DNA from: an uncultured cyanobacterium
GTDB lineage: Bacteria; Cyanobacteriota; Cyanobacteriia; Leptolyngbyales; Leptolyngbyaceae
Length of the DNA: 64,000 nucleotides
Reading direction: 5' to 3'
NCBI GenBank assembly: GCA_963766075.1
Contig: CAVYAN010000072.1
Span: forward strand, 96,001-160,000
Each line of letters starts with the position of its first letter. Position 1 is the stretch's first letter. The notes below the pieces were generated by a model. It was not told where the DNA came from. It was given only the letters and a program-made list of their open reading frames with translations, and did no database searches. Both the position numbers and the translations under genes were made by a program. This document shows, piece after piece, positions 33,181-44,424 of this stretch.

Positions 33181-33705
33181 CTAGGCATCTTCTGAGTTGG
33201 ATAGCTCCCGAGATTCACGCCAAGACGCAATGATCCGGCCCACGTTCAGCCTGAATTCGCCCCAGCCCAGTAAGGTACCAACATGGCCTTCATCCCAGGA
33301 GGCTGAAATCACGCCGTAGCTCAATCCCAGAACCCCCAGACCGAAAAATCCCAAACTGACCAGCAGTACGGCGTAGTTGGGTAGCTTCGTCCCATGACTA
33401 ATCAGAATGTAGCTGACAACAAACGTGAGCATGGCACAGACTGACGGAATGCCACTAAAAAATGCCATCCGGCGAGCCATGCGATCGCTGACAACTTTGG
33501 GCATTGTCCTTGAAGTTGCGGGCGATCGCAGAGATGCACTCGTTTTATCCTTTACCGCAGAACCCTTCGCCGAAGTCGTAGGCGCTTTTTTCGGCACCTT
33601 CTTCTTGGTAGATACAGGTTCAAACGGTAGACCGGGCTGGCCTGAGTCATCCTTAGTAGACTTGCCACCGCTGGTTTCGGCGCTTTTGGGGGGCTTAGAG
33701 GCCAT
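33181..33705 (-). CDS. PAM68/DUF3464 family protein
   Basis: VSDRMARRM..G.P, two TM helices and LSYGVISASWD; adjacent to rpsO. Confidence 0.88.
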   Translation of the reverse strand: MASKPPKSAETSGGKSTKDDSGQPGLPFEPVSTKKKVPKKAPTTSAKGSAVKDKTSASLRSPATSRTMPKVVSDRMARRMAFFSGIPSVCAMLTFVVSYILISHGTKLPNYAVLLVSLGFFGLGVLGLSYGVISASWDEGHVGTLLGWGEFRLNVGRIIASWRESRELSNSEDA

Positions 33706-33752
33706 AGTTGCTTTTCCCTAAATCAGCCAGATTCACGTGATTCCGATCCGGA

Positions 33753-34022
33753 TTAGCCCCGAATTCCCAGTTTCGCAATCAGCGCCTTATAACGCGCTTG
33801 GTCTTGCTTTTGGATATAGGAGAGCAGGCGTTTGCGGGAACCAATCATTTTCATCAAGCCTTGGCGAGAGGCGTGATCTTTCTTGTTAGTTTTCAGGTGT
33901 CCGCTGAGACGGTTGATCCGCTCGGTCAACATGGCGACCTGAACATCCGCCGATCCCGTGTCGGTTTCGTGGACTTGGTAAGAGGAAATAATTTCTTGTT
34001 TTTGCTGTTGCAGCAGAGCCAT
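33753..34022 (-). CDS. rpsO: 30S ribosomal protein S15
   Basis: [22 protein letters not shown] and RLLSYI motifs. Confidence 0.97.
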   Translation of the reverse strand: MALLQQQKQEIISSYQVHETDTGSADVQVAMLTERINRLSGHLKTNKKDHASRQGLMKMIGSRKRLLSYIQKQDQARYKALIAKLGIRG

Positions 34023-34172
34023 TGGGGTCTATCTTCCTTGTCGATTATCTATGCGGCAGTTAAACATACTAGCATGACAGGCTGGCTACGAGCGTGTTTA
34101 TTTTTTGAGATCTGCCCATGCCAAATCTGTCTATGGCCAATTCACTGATTGAAAATCAGTCTAATTCTCTGG

Positions 34173-35543
34173 CTACTTCTCTGGTTCTGCCGCTTGAGCA
34201 CTCGCCCCTGGGACCAATCGAGACTTTTGATCGAGGCGCAGGGCTTGCTCTAGGGCAATTTTTTCGGCGGCCCGCTGGGCATAGGGTTGCAGTTGGGCGC
34301 GATCGCACCCTGTCAAAATGCTGAGATGATCTACGCTCAGACCGCGCATCAACATCTCGACGAACCAGGTGTGCTGGGCTTGGGTGATCGCTAGGGGTTG
34401 CCCACTGGCTGTCTGCAAGCCCTCTGTCCATTGGTCCCAGCAGGCGTGGATCCCTGCCAAGGTTAAAGGTTGACCGACGGCATCTAGGAACAGGGCCGAC
34501 TGGCTATCTTTACGGCTGCGGAGCCATTTGGTCAGTGGGTTATTGGTATAGGAGCCATAGCGTTTACCCAAAATCCATTGGTTGACTGGCACTAGCCGTA
34601 CGCTGGGCCTAGATGTGGCATGGGATTCCGGATCAGACTGGGTTTCGGAATCGCGATCGGATCTGGTGACAACGTGGAGAAGATGCTGGGTGGCATCGCT
34701 AATGGTGTGCGATCGCTCCAAATTGATTACATCGGAGGCGGAGACCCCCGCCCCAAACAAGACATAGCACAGGCCGTAATCTCGCAATCCCAATTTTCTG
34801 GCCCGCTGCAAGATAAGGTGCACGACGGGTCCGGTTAAATCGATAATTTTGGTCCGCTCTGGCCGGGGAATAGAGGAAACGGTGAGGGCAGTAGCAGTAG
34901 GACTCGCTATCGGCGCGGTGGTAGGGGCGATCGCGCCCTGCACGATCAGGTGCACTAAACTGTCCAGAAAGTCTTGGCGATCGCGCCAAAGCTGATGAAA
35001 TTCACTGGTCAATTCCAGGGTCGTGTAGCCCAATAGGGCGCTGTGCAGCACGCTAGCAAGTTTTTCGGGGGGCAGAGTCAGGGCGGTGGTGTCGCGCTGC
35101 TGCGTTTGCCCTAAGTATTGCTCAAAGGAGTGGGCGAAGTACTGGGCCACAGCCTGATTGATCTGGGTTAGGCCAGTCCCGAGCGAGCGACGATTTTCTT
35201 CAGGATATTGATCCGCTTCCCCCACAATCGACCGGACTAAATCGGGGGCCTGGGCGAATTGCTGCAAGCATATACTTGCATAATTTTGCATAATTTCTGC
35301 CAACGAAGCGGGCGGCAGGTCGGAGAATGGCTCAGGGGGCACTAGAGCCGCACTTAAGTTTTGAAACACGGCTGCCTCCTCCATCACAGCCAACAGCAGA
35401 CCGTATTTGTTGCCAAACTGTCGAAACAACGTGACTTCGTTGACGTCGGCGAGGTTCGCAATTTGCCGGGTAGTAGTACCGCTAATGCCTTGGTGACTGA
35501 AGAGGTCAAGGGCAGCTTGGATCAGGCGTTGACGGGTGGACAT
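34173..35543 (-). CDS. TetR-family regulator fused to a degenerate tyrosine-recombinase-like domain (PfsR-like)
   Basis: N-terminal TRQRLIQAALDLF..TTTRQIA..VNEVTLFRQFGNK HTH. C-terminal LFGAG.S..D and QHTW..EML..G..LSILTG..QPY resemble Int boxes I/II. Confidence 0.8.
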   Translation of the reverse strand: MSTRQRLIQAALDLFSHQGISGTTTRQIANLADVNEVTLFRQFGNKYGLLLAVMEEAAVFQNLSAALVPPEPFSDLPPASLAEIMQNYASICLQQFAQAPDLVRSIVGEADQYPEENRRSLGTGLTQINQAVAQYFAHSFEQYLGQTQQRDTTALTLPPEKLASVLHSALLGYTTLELTSEFHQLWRDRQDFLDSLVHLIVQGAIAPTTAPIASPTATALTVSSIPRPERTKIIDLTGPVVHLILQRARKLGLRDYGLCYVLFGAGVSASDVINLERSHTISDATQHLLHVVTRSDRDSETQSDPESHATSRPSVRLVPVNQWILGKRYGSYTNNPLTKWLRSRKDSQSALFLDAVGQPLTLAGIHACWDQWTEGLQTASGQPLAITQAQHTWFVEMLMRGLSVDHLSILTGCDRAQLQPYAQRAAEKIALEQALRLDQKSRLVPGASAQAAEPEK

Positions 35544-35573
35544 GGGCGGGGCAGGATAGGAGCGAGGAAAATA

Positions 35574-35639
35574 TTGCAAGTGATACTTGCAAAACTTGAA
35601 GAAGGGATGTTAGCATACACCCATGCAAGCGCTACTTGC
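35574..35639. promoter_or_regulatory. Two GCAAG-N5-CTTGC inverted repeats (candidate TetR operators)
   Basis: ttgcaagtgatacttgcaa (35574-35592) and tgcaagcgctacttgc (35624-35639) in the divergent gap. Confidence 0.7.
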
Positions 35640-35677
35640 TATTTTCCCACAGGACGGGATGATTGACCCGAAAAAAT

Positions 35678-36652
35678 ATGACTTCTAAGCAGCCTTCTCA
35701 TACGCAACCTTCTCATAACCCGTCTTCTCTTCATCAGCCTTCCCTGGCATCTAATTCCCTAGTAGCAGATCCTCAGGCCTTGAGTGGTGCACCGTTACCC
35801 GCACTGAACTGGACGAATGTAATCTTTTTCGGGGTGTTTCATGGAGCGGTGCTGTTGGCTCCCTGGTGTTTTTCGTGGTCGGCGTTGGGGGTAGCACTGT
35901 TGTTGCATTGGTTGTTTGGGGGCATTGGCATTTGTTTGGGCTATCATCGGTTGCTGAGTCACCGCAGCTTTCGGGTGCCACGCGGGGTGGAATATGCGAT
36001 CGCCCTCTTGGGGGCTTTAGCGATTCAAGGAGGCCCGATTTTTTGGGTGGGTGGGCATCGCCAGCACCATGCCCATACGGAACATGTCGATCGCGATCCC
36101 TACTCGGCTCAGCGCGGGTTTTGGTGGAGTCATATCCTGTGGTTATTTTTTACCCGGCCGGAATTTTTTAATGCTCAGATCTATCGCGCTAGCGCTCCGG
36201 ACTTGGCACGGCAGCCGTTTTACCGCTGGTTAGATCGCTACTTTTTATTGCTGCAAGTGCCACTGGCTGCGGTGCTGTATCTGTGCGGCGGTTGGTCTTT
36301 TGTGCTCTATGGCATTGGGGTGCGATCGGTGCTGCTGTGGCATTCCACTTGGTTTGTGAATTCGGCGGCGCACCTGTGGGGCTACCGAACCTTTGCGGCC
36401 AATGACGGAGCGCGCAACCTGTGGTGGGTGTCGCTGCTGACCTACGGTGAAGGCTGGCACAATAATCACCACACCTATCCCAATGTGGCCAAGTCAGGAC
36501 TGCGCTGGTGGGAAGTGGATACTACATGGTGGGCAATTCGGACCTTACAAATTTTGGGGGTGGCGAAGAAGGTGGTGATGCCTCCTAGCAACATCCAATT
36601 CTCCAAACTCAATGCGCGATCGCTCCCTGAATCCCGTACCTGCCTCCCGTAA
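35678..36652 (+). CDS. Delta-9-type fatty acid desaturase (DesC-like)
   Basis: His boxes HRLLSH, HRQHH and HNNHH; GEGW motif. Confidence 0.9.
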   Translation: MTSKQPSHTQPSHNPSSLHQPSLASNSLVADPQALSGAPLPALNWTNVIFFGVFHGAVLLAPWCFSWSALGVALLLHWLFGGIGICLGYHRLLSHRSFRVPRGVEYAIALLGALAIQGGPIFWVGGHRQHHAHTEHVDRDPYSAQRGFWWSHILWLFFTRPEFFNAQIYRASAPDLARQPFYRWLDRYFLLLQVPLAAVLYLCGGWSFVLYGIGVRSVLLWHSTWFVNSAAHLWGYRTFAANDGARNLWWVSLLTYGEGWHNNHHTYPNVAKSGLRWWEVDTTWWAIRTLQILGVAKKVVMPPSNIQFSKLNARSLPESRTCLP

Positions 36653-36683
36653 GAATTGCCTTTCTGCATGACGCGTGAATGCA

Positions 36684-36716
36684 AGAGCCCCGAATTCTTT
36701 GAGAATTCGGGGCTCT
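36684..36716. terminator. Inverted repeat between convergent desaturase and sufS
   Basis: agagccccgaattct-ttg-agaattcggggctct. Confidence 0.75.
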
Positions 36717-36754
36717 GACTTACCAGGTTGGCAGGCTACATCGGGTTTCTATAG

Positions 36755-36805
36755 GCCAGACTCATCTAAGCCAGACTCATCTAAGCCAGACTCATCTAAG
36801 CCAGA
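36755..36805. repeat. 15-bp tandem repeat (3+ copies) overlapping the sufS stop
   Basis: gccagactcatctaa x3 followed by gccaga. Confidence 0.9.
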
Positions 36806-38055
36806 TTGCCAAAGAACTCGATCGCGTCTTTTAGCGCCACGATAAAAGCATCAATATCGGCCTGCGTGTTGTAAAAATATAAACTAGCTCGGGCGGTGGA
36901 GGCAGCTCCAAGACGGCGATGTAAGGGTTGAGTACAGTGATGGCCCGAGCGAATAGCAATCCCTTCCTGATCCAGCAGGGTGGCTAAATCCTGAGCATGC
37001 ACCTCCCCACAGGTAAAAGCAGCCAACGCTGCACGACCACTGCCATCGGTGTGGGGTGGGGGGCCGTAGACTCGGACCGTGGGCAGTTGTTGCAATTGGC
37101 GGAACAGGTAGGCGGTGAGTTCGGCTTCGTAGGCGTGGATAGTGTCTATGCCGATGTGGGTGAGATAATCGATCGCGGCTCCCAGGGCGATCGCTTCCCC
37201 AATCGCAGGCGTACCCGCCTCAAATTTGTGGGGCAAATCCGCATAGGTGGAATGATCCAAAAACACATCCGCAATCATTTCCCCACCGCCCAAAAACGGC
37301 GGCATGGCCCGCAGCAGATCCAGCTTGCCGTAGAGAAAGCCAATGCCCGTGGGTGCACACATTTTATGCCCAGAGGCCACCAGCCAATCGCAGCCTATAT
37401 CCTGCACATCCAGCCGTAAATGAGGCGCACTTTGGCAAGCATCGATTAGCACTCTGGCCCCATAGCGATGCGCCTCATTGCAGATAGCTTTGACCGGATT
37501 AATGCAGCCCAATGTGTTGGAAACATGGACCACAGAAACGAGCTGGGTTTTCGCTGAAAGCAGGGATTGAAATTGAGCAAAGTCAAATCCCTCGGTTTCG
37601 TCTAATTCTACAAACTTAAGAATGGCTCCGGTTCTTTGGGCCACCATTTGCCAGGGCACCAAATTACTGTGATGCTCCATGACCGACAGGATAATTTCAT
37701 CCCCCGGTTGCAGTGTGTTCATGCCCCAGGCATAGGCCACCAGATTAATCGCTTCCGTGGCATTGCGGGTGTAGACAATTTCATTGCGCGAGGCAGCATT
37801 GACAAAGGCGGCCACCTTGTCTCGTGCGCCTTCATAGGCATCCGTGGCCCGTCCGCTCAGGGTGTGGGCCCCGCGATGGACGTTGGCGTTGTCCTGCCGA
37901 TAATACTCGAACAGGGCATCCAGAACGGCGGTAGGCTTCTGGGATGTCGCCGCATTGTCGAGATAAACCAGGGGATTGCCATTGACTGCCTGATTCAGGA
38001 TGGGAAAGTCTGGGCGGGTCCGGGTGGCGAGGGGTTTGAGTGGGGTGAAGGTCAT
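36796..38055 (-). CDS. sufS: Cysteine desulfurase
   Basis: [16 protein letters not shown] and RSGHHCTQP motifs. Confidence 0.96.
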   Translation of the reverse strand: MTFTPLKPLATRTRPDFPILNQAVNGNPLVYLDNAATSQKPTAVLDALFEYYRQDNANVHRGAHTLSGRATDAYEGARDKVAAFVNAASRNEIVYTRNATEAINLVAYAWGMNTLQPGDEIILSVMEHHSNLVPWQMVAQRTGAILKFVELDETEGFDFAQFQSLLSAKTQLVSVVHVSNTLGCINPVKAICNEAHRYGARVLIDACQSAPHLRLDVQDIGCDWLVASGHKMCAPTGIGFLYGKLDLLRAMPPFLGGGEMIADVFLDHSTYADLPHKFEAGTPAIGEAIALGAAIDYLTHIGIDTIHAYEAELTAYLFRQLQQLPTVRVYGPPPHTDGSGRAALAAFTCGEVHAQDLATLLDQEGIAIRSGHHCTQPLHRRLGAASTARASLYFYNTQADIDAFIVALKDAIEFFGNLA

Positions 38056-38082
38056 AGCGTCGGCACAGGGGGTGGAGTGAGG

Positions 38083-39420
38083 CTAAAGGGCGATCGCCAC
38101 GCTATCGGCTAGGGCTTGGCGCAGGGATGCCGCTGGAATCTGCTGAATGACCTCTTGGGCAAAGGCATAGACCAACAGATGGCGGGCTGCATCTTGATCA
38201 ATGCCACGACTTTGCAGGTAGAACACTTCGTCATCTTCCAATTGGCTGACCGTGGCTCCGTGGGCACACTTGACGTTATCGGCGGTGATTTCGAGCTGGG
38301 GTTTGGTATCGACCCGCGCCTTAGGCGACAGCAGCAAGTTGCGACTGAGTTGGGAGGCATTGGTCAGTTGTGCCCGTTTAGGAACAAAGATTTTGCCGTT
38401 GAAGACGCCATGGGCGCGATCGCCTACTAAGCATTTATGCACTTGCTCACAGGTGCCATGGGGTTGGGTAAAGGCCATGAGGCTGTGGGTGTCAGCGAGG
38501 CGATCGCCCGCAACAAAGGTCAAGCCGCGCAGCACCGTATCCGTTTGTTCGCCCGTCTGGAAAATTTCCAGATTGTGGCGGGACATCTGCCCCCCTAAGT
38601 TAACGGCATTGCTGGTATAGCGGGAATCTCGCCCTTGGGACACGGCGGTTTTGCCAATGTGAAACGCAGCTTGGCTATCGCGTTGTACGCGGTTATGGTG
38701 CACCTGGGCATTATCGCCCAGCCAGACTTCCGTAACGGCATTGGTACAGTAAGGGGCATCGTGCAGGCTAACGTAGTCTTCGATCAGGGTGGACTGACTG
38801 CCCGCAGCGGCGACGATCAAACTGCGGGGATGGGCCAGCAGAGGCGCTGTCCCGGTGGCCACAAACAGCAGATGAATCGGATTTTCAACGATCTGGTTTG
38901 GGGGAATCCAGACTAAGGCCCCATCGGTCAAACTAGCGGTGTTTAAAGCGGTGAAGACTTCATCACCGCCTTGCTGCTGGGCAAAATAATTGCTGAGGGT
39001 GGGAATGAACTCGGCAGCGATCGCCAAGTTTGCCACACAAACACCATCGGGTAAGTCATCAATCGTGGATAAGTCCGGGGCATAAATACCATCCACAAAC
39101 ACTAACCGACTGGTAGCCTCCGGAAATAAGTACGGCTCCAACAGCTCAAAGCTGAGGGCGGCGGGTGCACCCACGGCTTGCAGCGGAGTTGCCAGCAGGG
39201 CCGACAAATCGGTAAACCGCCAGTCTTCATCACGGGTGGAGGGAATGGCCAGTTCTTGAACGCGGGCGGTGGCGCGATCGCGCAGCGGCTGCATCCAAGC
39301 ACCATCGGCATCCAAGTCCGCTCGCAGAGTGAGTAGATGGGCGAGGTAAGCAGTGCGATCGACCTTGGCCTTGCCGCTTAAATTCGGCGCGTCCGACACC
39401 GTAGACATGGAAATCGTCAT
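38083..39420 (-). CDS. sufD: Fe-S cluster assembly protein SufD
   Basis: [25 protein letters not shown] and FYLQSRGI motifs. Confidence 0.95.
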   Translation of the reverse strand: MTISMSTVSDAPNLSGKAKVDRTAYLAHLLTLRADLDADGAWMQPLRDRATARVQELAIPSTRDEDWRFTDLSALLATPLQAVGAPAALSFELLEPYLFPEATSRLVFVDGIYAPDLSTIDDLPDGVCVANLAIAAEFIPTLSNYFAQQQGGDEVFTALNTASLTDGALVWIPPNQIVENPIHLLFVATGTAPLLAHPRSLIVAAAGSQSTLIEDYVSLHDAPYCTNAVTEVWLGDNAQVHHNRVQRDSQAAFHIGKTAVSQGRDSRYTSNAVNLGGQMSRHNLEIFQTGEQTDTVLRGLTFVAGDRLADTHSLMAFTQPHGTCEQVHKCLVGDRAHGVFNGKIFVPKRAQLTNASQLSRNLLLSPKARVDTKPQLEITADNVKCAHGATVSQLEDDEVFYLQSRGIDQDAARHLLVYAFAQEVIQQIPAASLRQALADSVAIAL

Positions 39421-40217
39421 GCGCCTGCCCCCACGGGTTGTTCACTGGGTTGACCATCCACAATCCAGTCGTAGCCTTCTGCTTCCAGCTTCAGGGCCAA
39501 TTCCTTGCCACCCGTGGTTAGGATGCGACCATTGGCCATCACATGCACAAAGTCGGGGGTGATGTAGTCTAGCAAGCGCTGGTAGTGTGTCACCACCAGG
39601 GTGGCATTATCGGCATGGGTCAGGGCATTGACGCCGTTGGCGACAATCTTGAGTGCGTCAATGTCTAAGCCGGAATCAATTTCATCCAGGATGCCCAGCT
39701 TGGGTTCTAGCAGTGCCATTTGCAGAATTTCATTCCGCTTTTTCTCTCCGCCAGAAAATCCTTCATTCACACTGCGACCGAGGAACGCCGGATCCATTTT
39801 CAGCAGCTCTAACTTGGCCTGCACCACCTCATCAAAATCAAAGGCATCCAGTTCTTCTAAGCCGTGATGCTTGCGCTTGGCATTGTAGGACACCCGCAGA
39901 AAGTCCAGATTGCTAACACCGGGAATTTCCAAAGGATATTGAAAGGCCAAAAACACACCGGACTTGGCCCGTTCGTCGGGCTCCAAATCCAGCAAGTTCT
40001 GTCCCTGGAAAAGAATTTCGCCGCCGGTGACGGTGTAGGCGGGATGCCCCGCCAAAATTTTAGAAAAGGTACTTTTCCCCGACCCATTCGGTCCCATAAT
40101 GGCGTGGATTTCCCCTGCCTTAATTTCCAGATTCAAGCCCTTGAGAATCTGGGTTCCCTCCACATCGGCGGTGAGATCCTTCACCGATAAAATCACGTCA
40201 CTATTGGCATTAATCAC
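39417..40217 (-). CDS. sufC: Fe-S cluster assembly ATPase SufC
   Basis: [19 protein letters not shown] and LDEIDSGLD motifs. Confidence 0.96.
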   Translation of the reverse strand: MINANSDVILSVKDLTADVEGTQILKGLNLEIKAGEIHAIMGPNGSGKSTFSKILAGHPAYTVTGGEILFQGQNLLDLEPDERAKSGVFLAFQYPLEIPGVSNLDFLRVSYNAKRKHHGLEELDAFDFDEVVQAKLELLKMDPAFLGRSVNEGFSGGEKKRNEILQMALLEPKLGILDEIDSGLDIDALKIVANGVNALTHADNATLVVTHYQRLLDYITPDFVHVMANGRILTTGGKELALKLEAEGYDWIVDGQPSEQPVGAGA

Positions 40218-40332
40218 ACGCTAACCTCTTGACTCTACTCTTATTGACTCTTATTGACAATCAAACTCTTACAGTGCAGTAAAACTTCTCCAGCAGGAAA
40301 CCTCTATGCATAATGTTCTATGCTGGCAGGCA

Positions 40333-40956
40333 CTAGAGCTGGGCAATGTACTTCAGGATTTTCAAAACATCGTACAAATCGTTACCCGGATTACGGATTT
40401 CAAAAATTCGAGATAACGCATATTGATTGACAGCACCTCGCACCAGCTTGACAAATGTAAACCCACCACCGCTGGCAATCAAGCCGTATCCGGGTTTCTC
40501 CGTCACTGGGTTTGCCAACATATAGGCTAGGAGTTGGGCTAGTCCGGCTTCAATCGAAAACTCAGCCTCTTTGGATTCAATCACTAACGCCCAAAACTGC
40601 TCCTTCAGTAGCCAAATATCAATGCTACCGCGAATAATGAGGCCATCAGCTTCTTCAGTAATCTCAACGGATTTCTCCGTTTGGATATGAAAAGGCGGTA
40701 AGCAAAAATCCGCCAGGAATAAAAGTGGCCCCAATACAAAGACTTGAATTGCTTTTTCTGAGAGCGGTGGATGCTCGACAAGGTTCCAGTAGCCCGCCTG
40801 CACTTTGTCAAGGAAAGTGCGATCGCCTTCAGGAAGTTCCGGCAACGACTCCCGCCATTCCGAGAAAAATTGCGGATCGCGCGTGACCCGGAGGTTGAAC
40901 CGCTGAATCAATTCCTGGAAATCAACCTTACTGGACTGTACTGCCTGTACCATCAC
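40333..40956 (-). CDS. Restriction-endonuclease-fold protein (HsdR N-terminal-like)
   Basis: EKSVEI..IRGSID..VIESK..GLAQLLAYM..YGLIASG..F.K, a PD-(D/E)XK-like pattern. Confidence 0.7.
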   Translation of the reverse strand: MMVQAVQSSKVDFQELIQRFNLRVTRDPQFFSEWRESLPELPEGDRTFLDKVQAGYWNLVEHPPLSEKAIQVFVLGPLLFLADFCLPPFHIQTEKSVEITEEADGLIIRGSIDIWLLKEQFWALVIESKEAEFSIEAGLAQLLAYMLANPVTEKPGYGLIASGGGFTFVKLVRGAVNQYALSRIFEIRNPGNDLYDVLKILKYIAQL

Positions 40957-40979
40957 CTCACCTCTCGCCCCATCAGCGC

Positions 40980-42416
40980 TTAACCCACACTCCCTTCCAA
41001 CTTCAGGCTCAGAAGTTTGTCCGCTTCCACTGCAAACTCCATCGGCAATTGATTAAACACGTCCTTGCAGAAACCGCTAATCATCATCGAGATCGCGTCT
41101 TCTGGCGAGATGCCCCGCTGGCTAAAGTAAAACAGTTGGTCCTCACCAATCTTGGAAGTCGAGGCTTCGTGCTCCACCTTGCCCGCATTGGTTTGCACTT
41201 GGATATAGGGAAACGTATTCGCCTGGGCATTGTCGCCAATCAGCATCGAGTCGCACTGGGAATAGTTGCGGGCTCCTGTGGCCTTCGGCCCAATTTTCAC
41301 CAAGCCTCGATAGCTATTTTGGGACTTGCCCGCTGAAATTCCCTTAGAAATAATCGTGCTCTTGGTGTTCTTGCCAATGTGGACCATCTTGGTGCCGGTG
41401 TCGGCCTGCTGGTAGTTATTCGTCAGGGCGACGGAATAAAACTCACCCACCGAGTTATCGCCGACCAAGACACAACTGGGATACTTCCAGGTGATGGCCG
41501 AACCCGTTTCGACCTGAGTCCAGGAGATTTTCGAGTTCACACCCTGGCAGAGGCCGCGCTTGGTGACAAAGTTGTATATACCACCTTTGCCGTTGGCATC
41601 GCCTGCGTACCAGTTTTGGACGGTGGAGTATTTGATGTCCGCATTATCCAGGGCGACTAGTTCAACCACGGCGGCATGGAGTTGGTTGCTGTCGTACATG
41701 GGAGCCGTACACCCTTCCAGATAGCTCACGGAACTGCCTTCTTCCGCGATGATCAGCGTCCGTTCAAACTGTCCCGAGTCGCCATTGTTAATCCGAAAAT
41801 AGGTGGACAGTTCCATGGGACATTTTGTGCCCTTGGGAATGTACACGAAGGAACCATCGCTAAAGACGGCGGAATTTAAAGCGGCGAAGTAGTTATCGCC
41901 AACGGGCACGACACTGCCAAGGTATTTTTGCACCAGTTCAGGATGTTCTTTAACCGCTTCTGAAATTGAACAGAAAATGACACCCTGCTCCGCCAGTTTT
42001 TCTTTGAAGGTGGTGGCCACGGAAACGCTGTCGAAAATGGCATCCACGGCCACATTACTGAGGCGCTTTTGCTCCGAGAGAGGGATACCCAGTTTCTCGA
42101 AGGTAGCCAGCAGTTCCGGATCCACTTCATCCAGGCTCTTTTTCTTTTCAGAGACCTTGGGAGCAGAGTAGCAGACGATATTCTGGTAATCGATCGGGGG
42201 ATAGCCAACGTGCGCCCAGCTAGGCTCAGCCATGGTCAACCACTTGCGGTAGGCCCGTAGGCGAAATTCCAGCAGAAAGGCGGGCTCCTCCTTTTTGGCG
42301 GAAATGAGCCGCACGATGTCTTCGTTAACGCCACGAGGGATGGTGTCAGCAGCGATGTTGGTGACGAAGCCGTACTTATAGGGCTGATTGACCAGGGTTT
42401 GAACCGATGCGCTCAT
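40980..42416 (-). CDS. sufB: Fe-S cluster assembly protein SufB
   Basis: [26 protein letters not shown] and EHEASTSKI motifs. Confidence 0.97.
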   Translation of the reverse strand: MSASVQTLVNQPYKYGFVTNIAADTIPRGVNEDIVRLISAKKEEPAFLLEFRLRAYRKWLTMAEPSWAHVGYPPIDYQNIVCYSAPKVSEKKKSLDEVDPELLATFEKLGIPLSEQKRLSNVAVDAIFDSVSVATTFKEKLAEQGVIFCSISEAVKEHPELVQKYLGSVVPVGDNYFAALNSAVFSDGSFVYIPKGTKCPMELSTYFRINNGDSGQFERTLIIAEEGSSVSYLEGCTAPMYDSNQLHAAVVELVALDNADIKYSTVQNWYAGDANGKGGIYNFVTKRGLCQGVNSKISWTQVETGSAITWKYPSCVLVGDNSVGEFYSVALTNNYQQADTGTKMVHIGKNTKSTIISKGISAGKSQNSYRGLVKIGPKATGARNYSQCDSMLIGDNAQANTFPYIQVQTNAGKVEHEASTSKIGEDQLFYFSQRGISPEDAISMMISGFCKDVFNQLPMEFAVEADKLLSLKLEGSVG

Positions 42417-42478
42417 GTCTCGTGCTCTCTGTTTCAGGACGGTGGGTGGCAAGGGGCGAGGAACGTAAGCCATCTGGC

Positions 42479-42841
42479 TTACGCCAGATTGGTCACAGAC
42501 CGAATTTGCTCAAACGTGATGACTTGTTGATCGCCAGCGAAGTCGTTGTCGGGGGTAAGAAACAACATGCAGTGGCATTCTTTACGCTCGCGCATCGGTA
42601 CGCAGGGACAATTCCAATAAGCAGCGGCAACTTCGGCCTCCTTGTCTTCGTAGTGGCGACAGGGGCAGAGAGGGGCACCAAGGTCTTCCTTATGTTTGGC
42701 CAGCCCCTCAATGACAACAGCGGTGACACCCGGATCAACACAAAAATAAGTACCTGTGCGCTTGGCATAGGTCTCGGAAAAGTGCCGCATCAGTTCAAGA
42801 TTATTTTCGGTCGCTTGGTTGGGGTTGGTGTCTGGTGTCAT
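42479..42841 (-). CDS. ftrC: Ferredoxin-thioredoxin reductase catalytic subunit
   Basis: LCPCRHY, WNCPC and CHCMLF motifs. Confidence 0.95.
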   Translation of the reverse strand: MTPDTNPNQATENNLELMRHFSETYAKRTGTYFCVDPGVTAVVIEGLAKHKEDLGAPLCPCRHYEDKEAEVAAAYWNCPCVPMRERKECHCMLFLTPDNDFAGDQQVITFEQIRSVTNLA

Positions 42842-42977
42842 GGGCTGCAATGAAGGCAAGGTAATAAGGGTGGACAGGATTCACTTGGGCAACAGCGTGA
42901 GGCGTTTTGGACTGGAGCAGCCGCAGAACCGTGAAAGTGCGATCGCCAGGGGAATCATTTAGCTCTTATAATTAAAG

Positions 42978-43030
42978 CAACATTTGGGTTGTTTTTCTCA
43001 TTGTAAGGTACTTTAACAATACTCGTGTTG
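42978..43030. promoter_or_regulatory. Two SufR operators
   Basis: CAAC-atttgg-GTTG (42978-42991) and CAAT-actcgt-GTTG (43017-43030), matching the known CAAC-N6-GTTG motif. Confidence 0.8.
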
Positions 43031-43157
43031 CTAAAGTCTAGAGCGTGCCCATGAATTAATCATGCCTGTCAACGAATGGATTGCGCCAAATGGCGTGATC
43101 CGAGGCGTGAAGGCCGAATCGTATGAATTCCTGTCCGCGTTATTTTGAGAATGAGTG

Positions 43158-43853
43158 ATGACCTCCTCACAGCAGCACTCCACCAAGCAGGATATTCTCC
43201 GCCACCTGCTGCGGGACGGGCAGGCAACGGCGCAGGATTTGGCCGATCGCCTTGCTATTTCCCCCCAAGCCATCCGGCGGCATCTCAAGGATTTAGAAGC
43301 CGAAGAATTGATCCTGCACCAATCTGTCCAGGCGGGGATGGGCCGTCCGAACAATGTCTATGCCCTCAGTCGTAAAGGGCGCGATCAGTTTCCTGATCGC
43401 CATGATGATTTTGCGGTAGCGCTGCTGGACACCCTGGCTGAAACGGTGGGCCCGGAGCAGATGGGGCGCATTTTGCAGAAGCAGTGGGAGCGGAAGGCCC
43501 TGGAATACCGCGATCGCATCGGTGTCGGTAGCCTCAAAGATCGGGTAGACAATCTAGTGGAAATCCGTCGCACTGAGGGCTATATGGCGGAATGTCATCG
43601 GGTGAAGCTGGAGGAGGATGGCCCAGAGGGACTGACCGGAGCCGTGGCGGTTAAAACAGAGGTTGAGCAGTACGTATTGACGGAATATCACTGTGCCATT
43701 TCCCAAATCGCCGAATCGTTTCCCAGTGTCTGTGGGCACGAGTTAGAGATGTTTGCGGCGGCGTTGCCCGATTGCACCGTGAAGCGGACCCATTGGCTAG
43801 TGGATGGTGAACATCGCTGTGGGTACTTGATTCATCCAACTCATTCAAAATGA
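43158..43853 (+). CDS. sufR: Fe-S cluster biosynthesis regulator SufR
   Basis: HTH ISPQAIRRHLKDLE, MGRP, EGYMAE and Cys ligands HCAI..VCGHE..HRCGY. Confidence 0.95.
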   Translation: MTSSQQHSTKQDILRHLLRDGQATAQDLADRLAISPQAIRRHLKDLEAEELILHQSVQAGMGRPNNVYALSRKGRDQFPDRHDDFAVALLDTLAETVGPEQMGRILQKQWERKALEYRDRIGVGSLKDRVDNLVEIRRTEGYMAECHRVKLEEDGPEGLTGAVAVKTEVEQYVLTEYHCAISQIAESFPSVCGHELEMFAAALPDCTVKRTHWLVDGEHRCGYLIHPTHSK

Positions 43854-44058
43854 TTTAATCGCAGGCGAGGTGATCGAGAGGTGAGGTGATGGAAACGGCT
43901 ATTTCGGCCTCATTCGTTGCATGTACAGTACGTGTAGACGCCGCGCCTTATGAAACGGACTGTTTACGCTGGATTACAACGTATGTTACAGGCCATGGGA
44001 ATTGGACGCATGCGATCGCCAATCTGCTGGATGATGGGGTTTTATCGGATCAGTGTGT

Positions 44059-44418
44059 ATGAAAATCCTTCGCTGTCTGCATACCCTCGTCCACGTCACC
44101 GACCTGGCCCGTGCGGAACATTTTTACGGCACTGTATTGGGTCTGACCCCAGTGGAGCGCCAGCTAAAGTTTCCCGGTACCTGGTATGAAGTGGCGGGGT
44201 TTCAGATTCATTTGGCTGTGGTGGAGGCCATGCCCAGTCACAAGCTGCCGGAAAAATGGGGCCGCGATCGCCATGTGGCCTTTGCTGTAGACAATTTGTC
44301 CATTGCCATGGCCCAGTTGCAAAGCCAGGGCTATCCTGTCCAAATGAGTGCCTCGGGACGGGCGGCGCTGTTTACCCAGGATCCCGATGGCAACGTGATT
44401 GAGATTAGCGAGGCCTAG
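44059..44418 (+). CDS. VOC/glyoxalase family protein
   Basis: LHTLVHVTDL..FY, QIHL, HVAF and DPDGNVIE motifs. Confidence 0.9.
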   Translation: MKILRCLHTLVHVTDLARAEHFYGTVLGLTPVERQLKFPGTWYEVAGFQIHLAVVEAMPSHKLPEKWGRDRHVAFAVDNLSIAMAQLQSQGYPVQMSASGRAALFTQDPDGNVIEISEA

Positions 44419-44424
44419 GGCTGG

